DNA of 64,000 nucleotides. It comes from a bacterium. GTDB taxonomy: Bacteria; RBG-13-61-14; DATKZS01. Positions 45,856-54,475 of the stretch are shown here, in pieces; position 1 is the first letter of the stretch; each line of letters opens with the position of its first letter. The DNA lies in contig CAXXFL010000005.1 of NCBI GenBank assembly GCA_963674965.2, forward strand, positions 765,150 through 829,149, given 5' to 3'. The notes under the pieces were generated by a model. It saw nothing but the letters and a program-made list of their open reading frames with translations. It was not told the origin of the DNA and made no database searches. The translations under genes and the position numbers were made by a program.

Positions 45856-47373
45856 TTATCGTTTGACGTGGCAATCGTCGCAATCGGTCGGACCGGCCAG
45901 CCTCTCGTGACAGACGATGCACGAGTCGTGCACCACGTCGCCCAGGCTGGGTATGCCCGTCCTCCATTCCTCGACCGGGTTCGTTTCCTTTTCCGATACG
46001 TGGCACTCGCCGCACTTGAGGGGAACGTCGGTCCCCTCGGGGCAGTCGAGGCCGCCGCATTTAAGGACCCGTTTGCCGTCCTTTTTCCAGGTATTGTGAT
46101 GGCACTCCCGGCAGGAGAAGGCCATGTCCTGGGCGTGGAACCGGTGCGACCAGTTGGCCTCGCCCTTGGAGGTCTGGTGCATGAACTGGCCAAAGCTCCT
46201 GTCCGGGGCGTGACACCCCTCGCACTCGGTGGGACCGTCTTTTTCCTTCTCGTGGCAGCCGATGCATCCGGTGGCCTCTCCGCCCTGGTTCCAGTGCATG
46301 GCGTCGGCCAGGGACGGCACGTCCTCGAACTGAAGATCGTCCCGCCCGTGACAGGCGCGGCAGGCCAGGTAAGGCTCGTTCTCCACGCCGCCGTGCTTGT
46401 GGTGGCAGACATTGCAGTCGCGCTCGGAGGGCGCGGCGTGACGCTCGTGGCTCCAGACCACGGTCCCGGCCGTTCCGCCGGGGAGCATGGACGGGTTCGA
46501 GCGGTGGCACTCTCCGCAGGTTATGGGCATGCCCTTGCCCGCGTCGGGATGATCGGCGTGGTGGCAATCGAGGCAACGCTCGTGCAGGGCCTCCTCGACG
46601 CTGGGCGCGCCCTCCTTGACGGCCATGCCGGTATGGCAGTCCACGCACCTTTCGGCGCCCAGCTCGGGGTTGTACTCGGTATGACAGGTGAAGCAACGCT
46701 TGTGCGCCAGTTCCTCGTGGTCCTCGATGCCCGTGCGCATGGAAAGGGACATTACCTCGGCCGGCTGGTGGCAGGAGTCGCAGGCCCGGTACTCGCTCTC
46801 GAGCACGGGCTTTTCCTCGGTCCCCTTGTCCTTGTGGTGGCAGTACTCGCAGTCCAGCTCCATGTAGCGGGAGTGCTCGCGGTGGTCCCACTCGACCTTG
46901 CCCATACGGCCGGTGAAGCGCTGCATATGGCAGTCGCGGCAACCCACGGGTCCCTGGTTCTTGACCACGTGGCAGCCCATGCACTTCGAGTGATAGGCGG
47001 TCATCGAGTCGCTCGCCGCGGGTCCCACGCCCTCCTCTTTTTTCATCATTTCCTTGAGGCGGACGTCGGCCAGCACCACGGAGTCGGCGCTGCTTTTCAG
47101 ATGGTGACAGTCCTTGCACGGCTTGGGCGTGGTGGCCCCGGCTTTTTCCGCCGCGTCCATGGCGGACTTGTGGTGGCAGTCGGTGCACTTGACGTCCTTC
47201 ATCCGGGCGTGAAGCTCATGATTCCAGATCACGTCGCCGATCCTGGCCGGCAGGGTATGGTCCGGCTCGCCGCTGGGGCGAAGGAGCATGCCTCCCGCGC
47301 CGGTCCCGATGAGCACCAATATGGCGGCCAACAGATACTCGACTTTGATTTGTTTACCTTTCACTGCTATCAT
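45856..47373 (-). CDS. High-molecular-weight multihaem cytochrome c (HmcA-like), 18 CxxCH motifs
   Basis: N-terminal signal/anchor, then 18 CxxCH motifs counted by eye, arranged in c3-like spacing with many extra His residues. Confidence 0.9.
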   Translation of the reverse strand: MIAVKGKQIKVEYLLAAILVLIGTGAGGMLLRPSGEPDHTLPARIGDVIWNHELHARMKDVKCTDCHHKSAMDAAEKAGATTPKPCKDCHHLKSSADSVVLADVRLKEMMKKEEGVGPAASDSMTAYHSKCMGCHVVKNQGPVGCRDCHMQRFTGRMGKVEWDHREHSRYMELDCEYCHHKDKGTEEKPVLESEYRACDSCHQPAEVMSLSMRTGIEDHEELAHKRCFTCHTEYNPELGAERCVDCHTGMAVKEGAPSVEEALHERCLDCHHADHPDAGKGMPITCGECHRSNPSMLPGGTAGTVVWSHERHAAPSERDCNVCHHKHGGVENEPYLACRACHGRDDLQFEDVPSLADAMHWNQGGEATGCIGCHEKEKDGPTECEGCHAPDRSFGQFMHQTSKGEANWSHRFHAQDMAFSCRECHHNTWKKDGKRVLKCGGLDCPEGTDVPLKCGECHVSEKETNPVEEWRTGIPSLGDVVHDSCIVCHERLAGPTDCDDCHVKR

Positions 47374-47475
47374 CCCTTTTCACGCGGGACGCCATATCCC
47401 GCGTCCGATTTGCGCCGGCGGCCTTTGCCGCTATCTTATTTTTTACGGCGGTCTTTTCCGCCCTGGTGTTTCAAA

Positions 47476-47952
47476 ATGTCCCGTTTCGGCATAATCATAA
47501 AAACTTCCGACGGCCGCGCCGTCGTCCGGACCTCGCGCCGGGGCGTTTGCGAGTCCTGTTCCGAGCGCGAGACCTGCACCTTCGAGACGGCGCTCGGTAA
47601 GGACGTCCCCGAGGAGGTCGAGGTTTTAAACCCGATCAACGCCTCGACCGGAGACGCGGTCGAGTTCGACCTGCCCGGCCATTCCGAGCTTAAGGTCTCC
47701 CTCCTCATCTGGGCCGTGCCCCTCGCCGGGCTTATTCTCGGCGGAGCGGCCGGCGCGCTGGCGGGCGACGCGCTGGGCGTCGACCCCAACCTGACCACCC
47801 TGGCCGGAGTGGCCGTCGGCCTCGCCGCCGGAATGCTTCCGGTCATCCTCATGGACCGCGCGGCCGCGAGCGACCCCAAATATACTCCCCGCGTAATCCG
47901 GGTCGTGCCCGTCTCCACCTGCCCGACCTCGGTCAGGGAAGACGCCCCCTGA
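47476..47952 (+). CDS. RseC/MucC-family (SoxR-reducing-system-type) membrane protein
   Basis: Only the last 158 codons of track ORF 45868..47952 are plausible: 'GIIIKTSDGRAVVRTSRRGVCESCSERETC' N-domain, then two Gly/Ala-rich TM helices. Confidence 0.7.
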   Translation: MSRFGIIIKTSDGRAVVRTSRRGVCESCSERETCTFETALGKDVPEEVEVLNPINASTGDAVEFDLPGHSELKVSLLIWAVPLAGLILGGAAGALAGDALGVDPNLTTLAGVAVGLAAGMLPVILMDRAAASDPKYTPRVIRVVPVSTCPTSVREDAP

Positions 47953-50172
47953 TCAGGGCGAGTTACGCAAAAGTTCCTCCAGCTTCTCGAGGCCCGACTT
48001 GTCGGTACCCTCGAGTATCTTTTTATGCTTGTCCTTCTCGGCGTCCGAGTAAAAACAGATCGTGCCGCAGCGCATGCACCGGTTGGCCTCCGCCTCGATA
48101 AGGTCCTGGGTAAGGTTCAGGTCGACCTCGTCGAAGCTCTTGATCCTCTCCTTGGCCGGAAGCTCGGGCTGAGGCTGCTTCGGGAGCTTGGCCACGCCGA
48201 ACACCGGCTCCTCGCCCGAGTCGGGGTTTCGCGTGGGCTTGTAGGACACGCCCTTGGGAAAGCGCATGTCCTTGCCCTCGAGATAAAGATGGATGCTCCG
48301 CGCCGCCTGCCTGCCCGTGCCGATGGCCTCGACCACCAGGCCCGGACCGGTCCAGATGTCGCCCGCCGTAAAGATGTGGGGCACGGTCGATTGAAGCGTT
48401 TCCTCGTCGGCCACGATGGTGGCCCACCTGGTCAGTTCGAGGCCCCGCTCCTTCATGTCATCGCTCAGCCAGTCGGTGCGGGGCCGCTGGCCGATGGCGG
48501 CGATGACCACGTCCACGTCCATCAGGGTCTCGGACCCCTCCTTGGGAACGGGCCGGCGACGTCCCGAGGCGTCGGGCTCTCCCAGTTCCATCTGGATGTA
48601 CTCGATCTGTTTTAACTTGCCGTCCTCGCCGGCGATCAGCCTGGTGGGGGCCGCCAGGAAGTGGTACTGCACTCCCTCGTGCTCGGCCGCCACTATCTCG
48701 ACGTCGTTGGCGGGCATTTCCTTCCTGGTGCGGCGGTAAAGGAGGATGACCTCGGCCGCGTTCATGCGCAGGGAGCTGCGGCAGGCGTCCATGGCGGTGT
48801 TGCCGCCGCCCACCACCACCACGCGCTTGCCCGCCAGGTCCACCTTGATCCCCAGCTCTCTTTTCTGGAGGAACTCGGTGCCCTTCCAGACGCCCTCCAT
48901 GTCCTCGCCCTCGACGCGGAGGGACGAGTTGTCCCACGCTCCCATGGCCAGGAGGATGGCGTCGAACTCCTTCTCGAGCTCGGCTATCTTGATGTCCGTT
49001 CCCAGGTTGACGTTGTATTTCGCCTCGACGCCCAGGTCGAGAATCTCCTGGATTTCCCAGTCGAGTATCTTCTTGGGCAGCCGGTACTCGGGGATGCCGT
49101 AGCGGAGCATGCCGCCGTAGGCCGGCTTGTTGTCGAAGATGGTGACGGCGTGACCCATCCTGCGCAGGAAGTAAGCCGCCGTCAGGCCGCAGGGACCGCC
49201 GCCGATGACGGCCACCTTCTTGCCCGTGTCGGGCAGGCACGAGGGCTTCTTGCGCTCGGGCAGGGCCCTTTCCCAGTCGGCCACGAAACGCTTGATATAG
49301 TTATGATGGACCGGCTCGTCCTCGATGGCGACCCTCCTGCATCCGGCCTCGCAGGGGGCCGGGCACACGCGGCCGCACACCAGGGGCAGGGGGTTCCTTT
49401 CCTTGATGATATTAACCGCCTCCTCGTATTTGCCCTCGGCCGCGAACTCGACGTAGGCCGGGATGTCGATCTGGGCCGGGCAGAGCTGCTTGCAGGGGGC
49501 CAGGCACTCGTCGCTCGTATTGAAATGGAGGAGTCTCTGTGAGGTCGAGTACAGATGGATGACGTCCATGGGACAAATCTTTTCGCAGGTCCCGCAGCCC
49601 ACGCACTTGGAGGCGTCCACCTCGGGCGTTCCCTCGGGCCCCATCTTCAGGGCGCCGAAGGGGCAGGCCTCGACGCAGGAGCCAAGGCCCAGGCAGCCGT
49701 GCTTGCACCAGATGTCCCCGCCCCATACCTCGGCCATGGCCCGGCAGTCCATTACGCCGTCGTAGTAATATTTCTTGACCGCCCGATAGCCGCCGTTGCA
49801 GTAGTGGTCGGCGATTTTAGGCTCGACGAACCCGACCTCGCCGCCCATGACCTTTGCCACCTTGGCCGCCACGTCGGGGCCGCCGGCAATGCAGGCGTTC
49901 ACGGGCGCGTCACCGGCCACGATGGCCTCGGCGCAGGCCGAGCACCCGGTGAAGCCGCAGCCGCCGCAGTTGGCGCCCGGCAGGGAGTCCTCGACCTGGA
50001 CCACGCGGGGGTCGACCTCGACGTGGAATATTCGGGAGGCCGCCGCCAGGACTATGGCCGCCACGCCGCCCACCGCCAGCATCAGCAGCATGGGCAAAAG
50101 GGTCAGCATGGTCGGGTTGCCAGAATAACTCGCGTAAATGTCCTGCATTATTTTCGCGATAGAGTCCATCAC
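47953..50172 (-). CDS. rnfB: RnfB fused to a GltD/NfnB-like NAD(P)H-dependent FAD/FeS oxidoreductase module
   Basis: N-terminal TM plus 'NCGGCGFTGCSACAEAI' and two ferredoxin CxxCxxCxxxCP motifs. Then 'CGRVCPAPCEAGC', 'VAVIGGGPCGLTAAYFL', 'VVVVGGGNTAMD', 'IFTAGD'. Confidence 0.85.
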   Translation of the reverse strand: MMDSIAKIMQDIYASYSGNPTMLTLLPMLLMLAVGGVAAIVLAAASRIFHVEVDPRVVQVEDSLPGANCGGCGFTGCSACAEAIVAGDAPVNACIAGGPDVAAKVAKVMGGEVGFVEPKIADHYCNGGYRAVKKYYYDGVMDCRAMAEVWGGDIWCKHGCLGLGSCVEACPFGALKMGPEGTPEVDASKCVGCGTCEKICPMDVIHLYSTSQRLLHFNTSDECLAPCKQLCPAQIDIPAYVEFAAEGKYEEAVNIIKERNPLPLVCGRVCPAPCEAGCRRVAIEDEPVHHNYIKRFVADWERALPERKKPSCLPDTGKKVAVIGGGPCGLTAAYFLRRMGHAVTIFDNKPAYGGMLRYGIPEYRLPKKILDWEIQEILDLGVEAKYNVNLGTDIKIAELEKEFDAILLAMGAWDNSSLRVEGEDMEGVWKGTEFLQKRELGIKVDLAGKRVVVVGGGNTAMDACRSSLRMNAAEVILLYRRTRKEMPANDVEIVAAEHEGVQYHFLAAPTRLIAGEDGKLKQIEYIQMELGEPDASGRRRPVPKEGSETLMDVDVVIAAIGQRPRTDWLSDDMKERGLELTRWATIVADEETLQSTVPHIFTAGDIWTGPGLVVEAIGTGRQAARSIHLYLEGKDMRFPKGVSYKPTRNPDSGEEPVFGVAKLPKQPQPELPAKERIKSFDEVDLNLTQDLIEAEANRCMRCGTICFYSDAEKDKHKKILEGTDKSGLEKLEELLRNSP

Positions 50173-50223
50173 CCACCTCTTTTAATGACAAGTAAAACCA
50201 TTTAGTACGGCCTCATCCAAAAA

Positions 50224-50835
50224 TCAGATCATGCCCTTGAAGGCGAAAAAGCTAAGGGCCAGAAGGCCGGCCGTGACAAGGCCGATCCCCGTTCCATCCA
50301 ACACCTTGGGTATCCGGGATATCTCGAACTTCTCCCGGATGCCGGCGAAAAGAATCAGCGCCAGCCCGAAGCCGCAGGCCGCGGCGGCGGAGTAAACCAG
50401 GGCCACGATCAGCTCGTGGCCGGCCCAGACCTTGGTGTACTCCTTGAAATTTTTTATGTTCAGGAGCGTGACGCCCATGACGGCGCAGTTGGTCGTTATC
50501 AGGGGCAGGAAGATACCGAGCGACTTGTAAAGGGCCGGTATGGATTTTCTCAGGAACATCTCGACGAACTGGACCAGGGTGGCTATAACCAGGATGAAGG
50601 CCAGTGTCTGAATATACTCGAGCTTAAGGGGCTTAAGGAACATGAAGTAGGCCAGCCAGGTGAAAAGGGCGGCCAGGGTCAGGACGAAGACGACGGCCCC
50701 CGCCATTCCCACGGCCGTGTCCATTTTCTTGGACACGCCCAAAAAGGGGCAGTTGCCGAGGAACTGGGCCAGCAGTATGTTGTTGATAAAGATGGCCGCC
50801 ACAACCAGGGCGATCATATCCGTGAAGACTTCCAT
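50224..50835 (-). CDS. rnfA: Rnf complex subunit A
   Basis: 'NNILLAQFLGNCPFLGVS' and a 6-TM layout. Confidence 0.9.
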   Translation of the reverse strand: MEVFTDMIALVVAAIFINNILLAQFLGNCPFLGVSKKMDTAVGMAGAVVFVLTLAALFTWLAYFMFLKPLKLEYIQTLAFILVIATLVQFVEMFLRKSIPALYKSLGIFLPLITTNCAVMGVTLLNIKNFKEYTKVWAGHELIVALVYSAAAACGFGLALILFAGIREKFEISRIPKVLDGTGIGLVTAGLLALSFFAFKGMI

Positions 50836-50847
50836 GTTCTTTTCCCC

Positions 50848-51456
50848 TTACTTGTTGCCCAGCTTGCCGAGCACGTTCATCACGCCGAGCATAAGGCCAA
50901 GGGCCATGAAGGCGCCGGGGGCCTGCTGGAGGATGGCGAAGGGCTCGAAATTAAGGCCCATGGCCTCGAAAAGCTTCCACCCGAAAATCTCGCCGGCGCC
51001 GAAAATTTCCCTGAGTCCGCCCAGCACGGTAAGGGACATGGTAAAGCCGAGTCCCATTCCCAGCCCGTCGGCCATGGAGGCGATGACTCCGTTCTTTTTG
51101 GCGAAGGCCTCTGCCCTTCCCAGTATGATGCAGTTGACCACGATCAGGGGAATGAATATTCCCAGGCTCTCGTAAAGAGGATACACGAAGGCCTTGGTGA
51201 ACATCTCGACGCAGACCACGAATGTGGCCACGATCACGATGTAACACGCGACCCTGACCTCGTCGGGTATGACCTTTCTGAGGGCGGAGATGAAGACGTT
51301 GGAGCAGACCAGGACGAAGGTCGCGGCCAGCCCCATGCCTATTCCGTTTTCCATGGACGTGGTTACGGCCAGGGTCGGGCATAGTCCCAGCACGAACCGG
51401 AAAGGAGGAATCTCCTTCCATAGTCCCTTGGTAAATTCCTGAGTGATGGTACTCAT
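50848..51456 (-). CDS. rnfE: Rnf complex subunit E
   Basis: 'FRFVLGLCPTLAVTTS' and 'IIVNCIILGRAEAFA'. Confidence 0.9.
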   Translation of the reverse strand: MSTITQEFTKGLWKEIPPFRFVLGLCPTLAVTTSMENGIGMGLAATFVLVCSNVFISALRKVIPDEVRVACYIVIVATFVVCVEMFTKAFVYPLYESLGIFIPLIVVNCIILGRAEAFAKKNGVIASMADGLGMGLGFTMSLTVLGGLREIFGAGEIFGWKLFEAMGLNFEPFAILQQAPGAFMALGLMLGVMNVLGKLGNK

Positions 51457-51474
51457 ATTCCCAATCTCCCGCTC

Positions 51475-52095
51475 TTATTTAACGGCCTCTTCAAGCTCGT
51501 CCTTGTGTTGGTCATAGGTTGCCTTGGCTTTTCTGATGGCGTCGGCCACGGCCCCGCTGGACTTGGTAGCCCCGCTCACCTGGTCGATGATCCCGCCGTT
51601 TTTCTTGATCTTGAAGACGGAGTCCTTGCTCATGCCGATGAACTGATGCTGGAAGGCGGGCTCAGTAACCCTGGCGCCCAGGCCCGGGGTCTCAGAGTGA
51701 GTGGTGATACCGATGCCGTCCAGGTTTCCCGACTGGATATTGAAGCCGACCATGACGCCGATGTTGCCGCCGTAGCCGCCCTCCCCCTCGCGCTCGATCA
51801 CGATGGTGTTTGGCTTGCCGTCTTTTTTCGTCACGAACATAAGAAGTTCCTGTTCCTCTCCGACGTCAATCATTTTATAGCTGGAGAGAAGCTCTTGCGT
51901 GACCTTTTCCTCGTCCGCCTCGCTCATCTTGCCGGAAACTCCCTCGATGATGCTTATCACGGCCGGGACCTTTTTAAACTTGAGCACGTTCTGCTCGCCC
52001 TTTTCCTTGGTGAGCCTGTTAAGTCCGCCGAGGGCGATTCCGCTGATGAGGCTTATTCCCACCAGGACGACGATCATTTTGATCATGTTACCCAT
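51475..52095 (-). CDS. rnfG: Rnf complex subunit G (FMN_bind domain)
   Basis: N-terminal TM anchor. 'HSETPGLG' and the covalent-FMN site context 'DQVSGATKSS'. Confidence 0.85.
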   Translation of the reverse strand: MGNMIKMIVVLVGISLISGIALGGLNRLTKEKGEQNVLKFKKVPAVISIIEGVSGKMSEADEEKVTQELLSSYKMIDVGEEQELLMFVTKKDGKPNTIVIEREGEGGYGGNIGVMVGFNIQSGNLDGIGITTHSETPGLGARVTEPAFQHQFIGMSKDSVFKIKKNGGIIDQVSGATKSSGAVADAIRKAKATYDQHKDELEEAVK

Positions 52096-53074
52096 TTTGG
52101 ATCACCACCTCCGTAACCTTGGGCCTGATCCTGTCAAGCAAGGGGTTAAGGACGTTGGACAAAAGCACGGCGAAGGGTATGGCGTCGGGCCATTGTCCAT
52201 AGGTCCGAATCAGCATTATAAGGAGTCCCATGCATATCCCGAAGAGCCAGGCGGGCAGATTGTTGGTGGGGGAGCTGGTCGAGTCCGTTGCCAGGAAGAA
52301 GGCCGCAATAATGACGTGTCCGGAAATAAATTGAGCGGCCATGATCTCGGCCAGAGACCCGCCGCCCAGTTTTTCCGGCGCCACCGACCCGAAGATCAGC
52401 GAGCCCAGGATTACGCCGCCGATCACGGCCGCTGGTATCTGCCACCTAATATGGCCGAGGGCGCAAAGTGCGATCCCGCCGGCGGCGGTGGTAAGGATCA
52501 CGGCGAAGTGGGCCGAGGCGATGCTTTTCATTCCCACCGGATAGATATGGTGGGGCCATGAAAGAAGGAGTATAAGCCATCCCACCATGGCCGGATGGAA
52601 CGGATAACTTCCGATGCCGCCGTAAAGCTGCTTGCCGATGAGTATGGCCAGGAACACGCCGATGACCAGGGTCCACCAGGGCACCGAGACGGGCATGAAC
52701 ATGGCCACTAAAAGTCCCATCAGTGCCCCGTGTCCGTTCATGGCGTGATAGGGCTGGCGGAAGAGCACCTGGATCAGGTACTCGGCCGCGACCCCGACGC
52801 CCATGCCCATGGCCAGGACCCCGCCGGCCCCGATCGAGGCGAGGAGGCCGGGACTGATCCCGAACTCCCGAACGATGGACCCGAGAAGCCACTCGAGCCC
52901 CGTGGCCCGGCCGAGGACGTGCATTTCATCGGTCATGAACCCGTGGGCTATGACCCCGATGGCGGCCGCCGGAAGAAGCGCCAGAATGAAGGCGTAGTTC
53001 ATCTGGGTGACGCTCGTCTTCGAGCGCCAGTGCGGCCCGGGACCCACGGTGAACAAAGTCTCTCTAGACTCCAT
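52088..53074 (-). CDS. rnfD: Rnf complex subunit D
   Basis: Polytopic NqrB/RnfD-like protein. 'AAFFLATDSTSSPT' matches the flavinylation-site region. Confidence 0.9.
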   Translation of the reverse strand: MESRETLFTVGPGPHWRSKTSVTQMNYAFILALLPAAAIGVIAHGFMTDEMHVLGRATGLEWLLGSIVREFGISPGLLASIGAGGVLAMGMGVGVAAEYLIQVLFRQPYHAMNGHGALMGLLVAMFMPVSVPWWTLVIGVFLAILIGKQLYGGIGSYPFHPAMVGWLILLLSWPHHIYPVGMKSIASAHFAVILTTAAGGIALCALGHIRWQIPAAVIGGVILGSLIFGSVAPEKLGGGSLAEIMAAQFISGHVIIAAFFLATDSTSSPTNNLPAWLFGICMGLLIMLIRTYGQWPDAIPFAVLLSNVLNPLLDRIRPKVTEVVIQNG

Positions 53075-53104
53075 TATCTACCCCCGCAAATTTATACCAA
53101 GCGC

Positions 53105-54475
53105 TCATCCGGCCGAGGCCTCGGAGACGGCCGGCTCGTTTTGTTCCTTGCAAGCCTCTTCCGCCTCTTCCCGCGCTTTCTTATCCTTGGCCTTTTGTTC
53201 GGCCTCGTTTCTAATCCTTGTTACTTCCCGCTTGGCGAGCCGGATCATCTGCACCAGCGGCCTCCTGGCCGTGCAGACCATGGCGCAAAGACCGCATTCG
53301 ACGCAGTTCATGACTCCCAGGTCGTCGGCGGGCTCGAAGATCGAGAACTCCGAGTATCTTCCCAACAGGCTGGGCTGGAGGTTGACCGGGCACACCGACA
53401 CGCAGGCGCCGCAGCTTACGCAGGGCTCGTCGCTCCAGGGTAATATGTTTTCCCGGGGAATGAGCATGACCGCGTCCAGCCCGGCGTCCACCGGGGCCTC
53501 GAGCGAGTACTGGGCGATGCCCCGGAGGGGGCCGCCGGCCAATACCTTGTCGCCGTCCCTGGGCTTGAGTCCCATGAAGGCGAACAGGTCCTTTAGCTTG
53601 GCGCCGATGGGAGCGCGAAGGTTGGCCTTGGCCTCCCCTTTTGGCCCGATAAAGGTGACGACCTTTTTATCCTGGACCTTGCCGTCCCGGATGGCGTCCA
53701 GGGCCGCCAGGGCCGTTCCCGCCGTGATAACGCGGACGCCCTTGCCGCCGCCGGCCCTAAGGGCCACCATGGGCTTCAAGGTCATGGGGTACTCGGGGGG
53801 CACGGAAAGGACCTTGACGCCCGTGCCGCCGGCCGACTTGCCCGTCTGGCCCGCGCTTTTGTCATGGGCCGCCACGTAAACGTCCTTGGCCCCGGCCATC
53901 TTGCCCAGGACCTTGGCCGCGATGAAAACGTCCTCGGACCTCCAGCGGAAAACCTCGGAGGTCGAGAAGACCTCGGGCTCGCGGTCAGAGGCAAGCACCA
54001 CCAGGGTCTCGACCTCGACGTCCGCCTCGGGACCAATGATCTCGCCCAGGGGCCTGGGCGTATAGGACTCGGTCAGTATGCCGGCCTCGGCCACCCTGGC
54101 CCAAAGTTCCCGGGCCGAGGCGGTTTCCGGGTCCATGGGCTTCCAGGCGACGGGTGAAGAATCGGGATCGGGATCGACGGCCACCGAGTGGCCCACGTAA
54201 TGGTTCCTGGCGTCGGGACCGGATATCACGCCCACTACCTTGCCCTTTACCGGGCAGACCACGGCCTTTTTAACGCCGTCGCTTCCCAGGAACTGGCCGG
54301 GCTTGACCTGGTCCCCCTCCTTGACCAGGGCCTCGTAGGGGACCCCGGTCCCGCTGAAAAGCGGGAAGACGAGGCTCGAGGACGCGGCCGCGTCCTTGAT
54401 GGCCAAGTGCTGGGATTTAAGTGGGAACTTCGGCCGCCTAAACCCGAAGAGCCTATCCGTAATTTCGTCAAACAT
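53105..54475 (-). CDS. rnfC: Rnf complex subunit C, atypical (flavin/NADH glycine motif not found)
   Basis: RnfC N-terminal barrel ('VKEGDQVKPGQFLG'), 'LAGGPLRG', and two 4Fe-4S motifs 'CVSCGACVSVCP' and 'CVECGLCAMVCT'. It sits first in the rnfCDGEAB order. Confidence 0.8.
   Translation of the reverse strand: MFDEITDRLFGFRRPKFPLKSQHLAIKDAAASSSLVFPLFSGTGVPYEALVKEGDQVKPGQFLGSDGVKKAVVCPVKGKVVGVISGPDARNHYVGHSVAVDPDPDSSPVAWKPMDPETASARELWARVAEAGILTESYTPRPLGEIIGPEADVEVETLVVLASDREPEVFSTSEVFRWRSEDVFIAAKVLGKMAGAKDVYVAAHDKSAGQTGKSAGGTGVKVLSVPPEYPMTLKPMVALRAGGGKGVRVITAGTALAALDAIRDGKVQDKKVVTFIGPKGEAKANLRAPIGAKLKDLFAFMGLKPRDGDKVLAGGPLRGIAQYSLEAPVDAGLDAVMLIPRENILPWSDEPCVSCGACVSVCPVNLQPSLLGRYSEFSIFEPADDLGVMNCVECGLCAMVCTARRPLVQMIRLAKREVTRIRNEAEQKAKDKKAREEAEEACKEQNEPAVSEASAG

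Noticed and set aside
46061-47188. 375-aa minus-strand ORF in a second frame of the cytochrome gene
   Set aside because: It is on the same strand but out of frame with the ORF that carries 18 CxxCH motifs. It is Arg/Pro/Gly-rich junk.
45868-47475. First ~535 codons of the 694-aa plus-strand ORF 45868..47952
   Set aside because: It is antisense to the 18-haem cytochrome gene, is Gly/Ala/Val/His-rich low-complexity sequence and has no motifs. Only the last 158 codons (from the ATG at 47476) form a sensible RseC-like protein.
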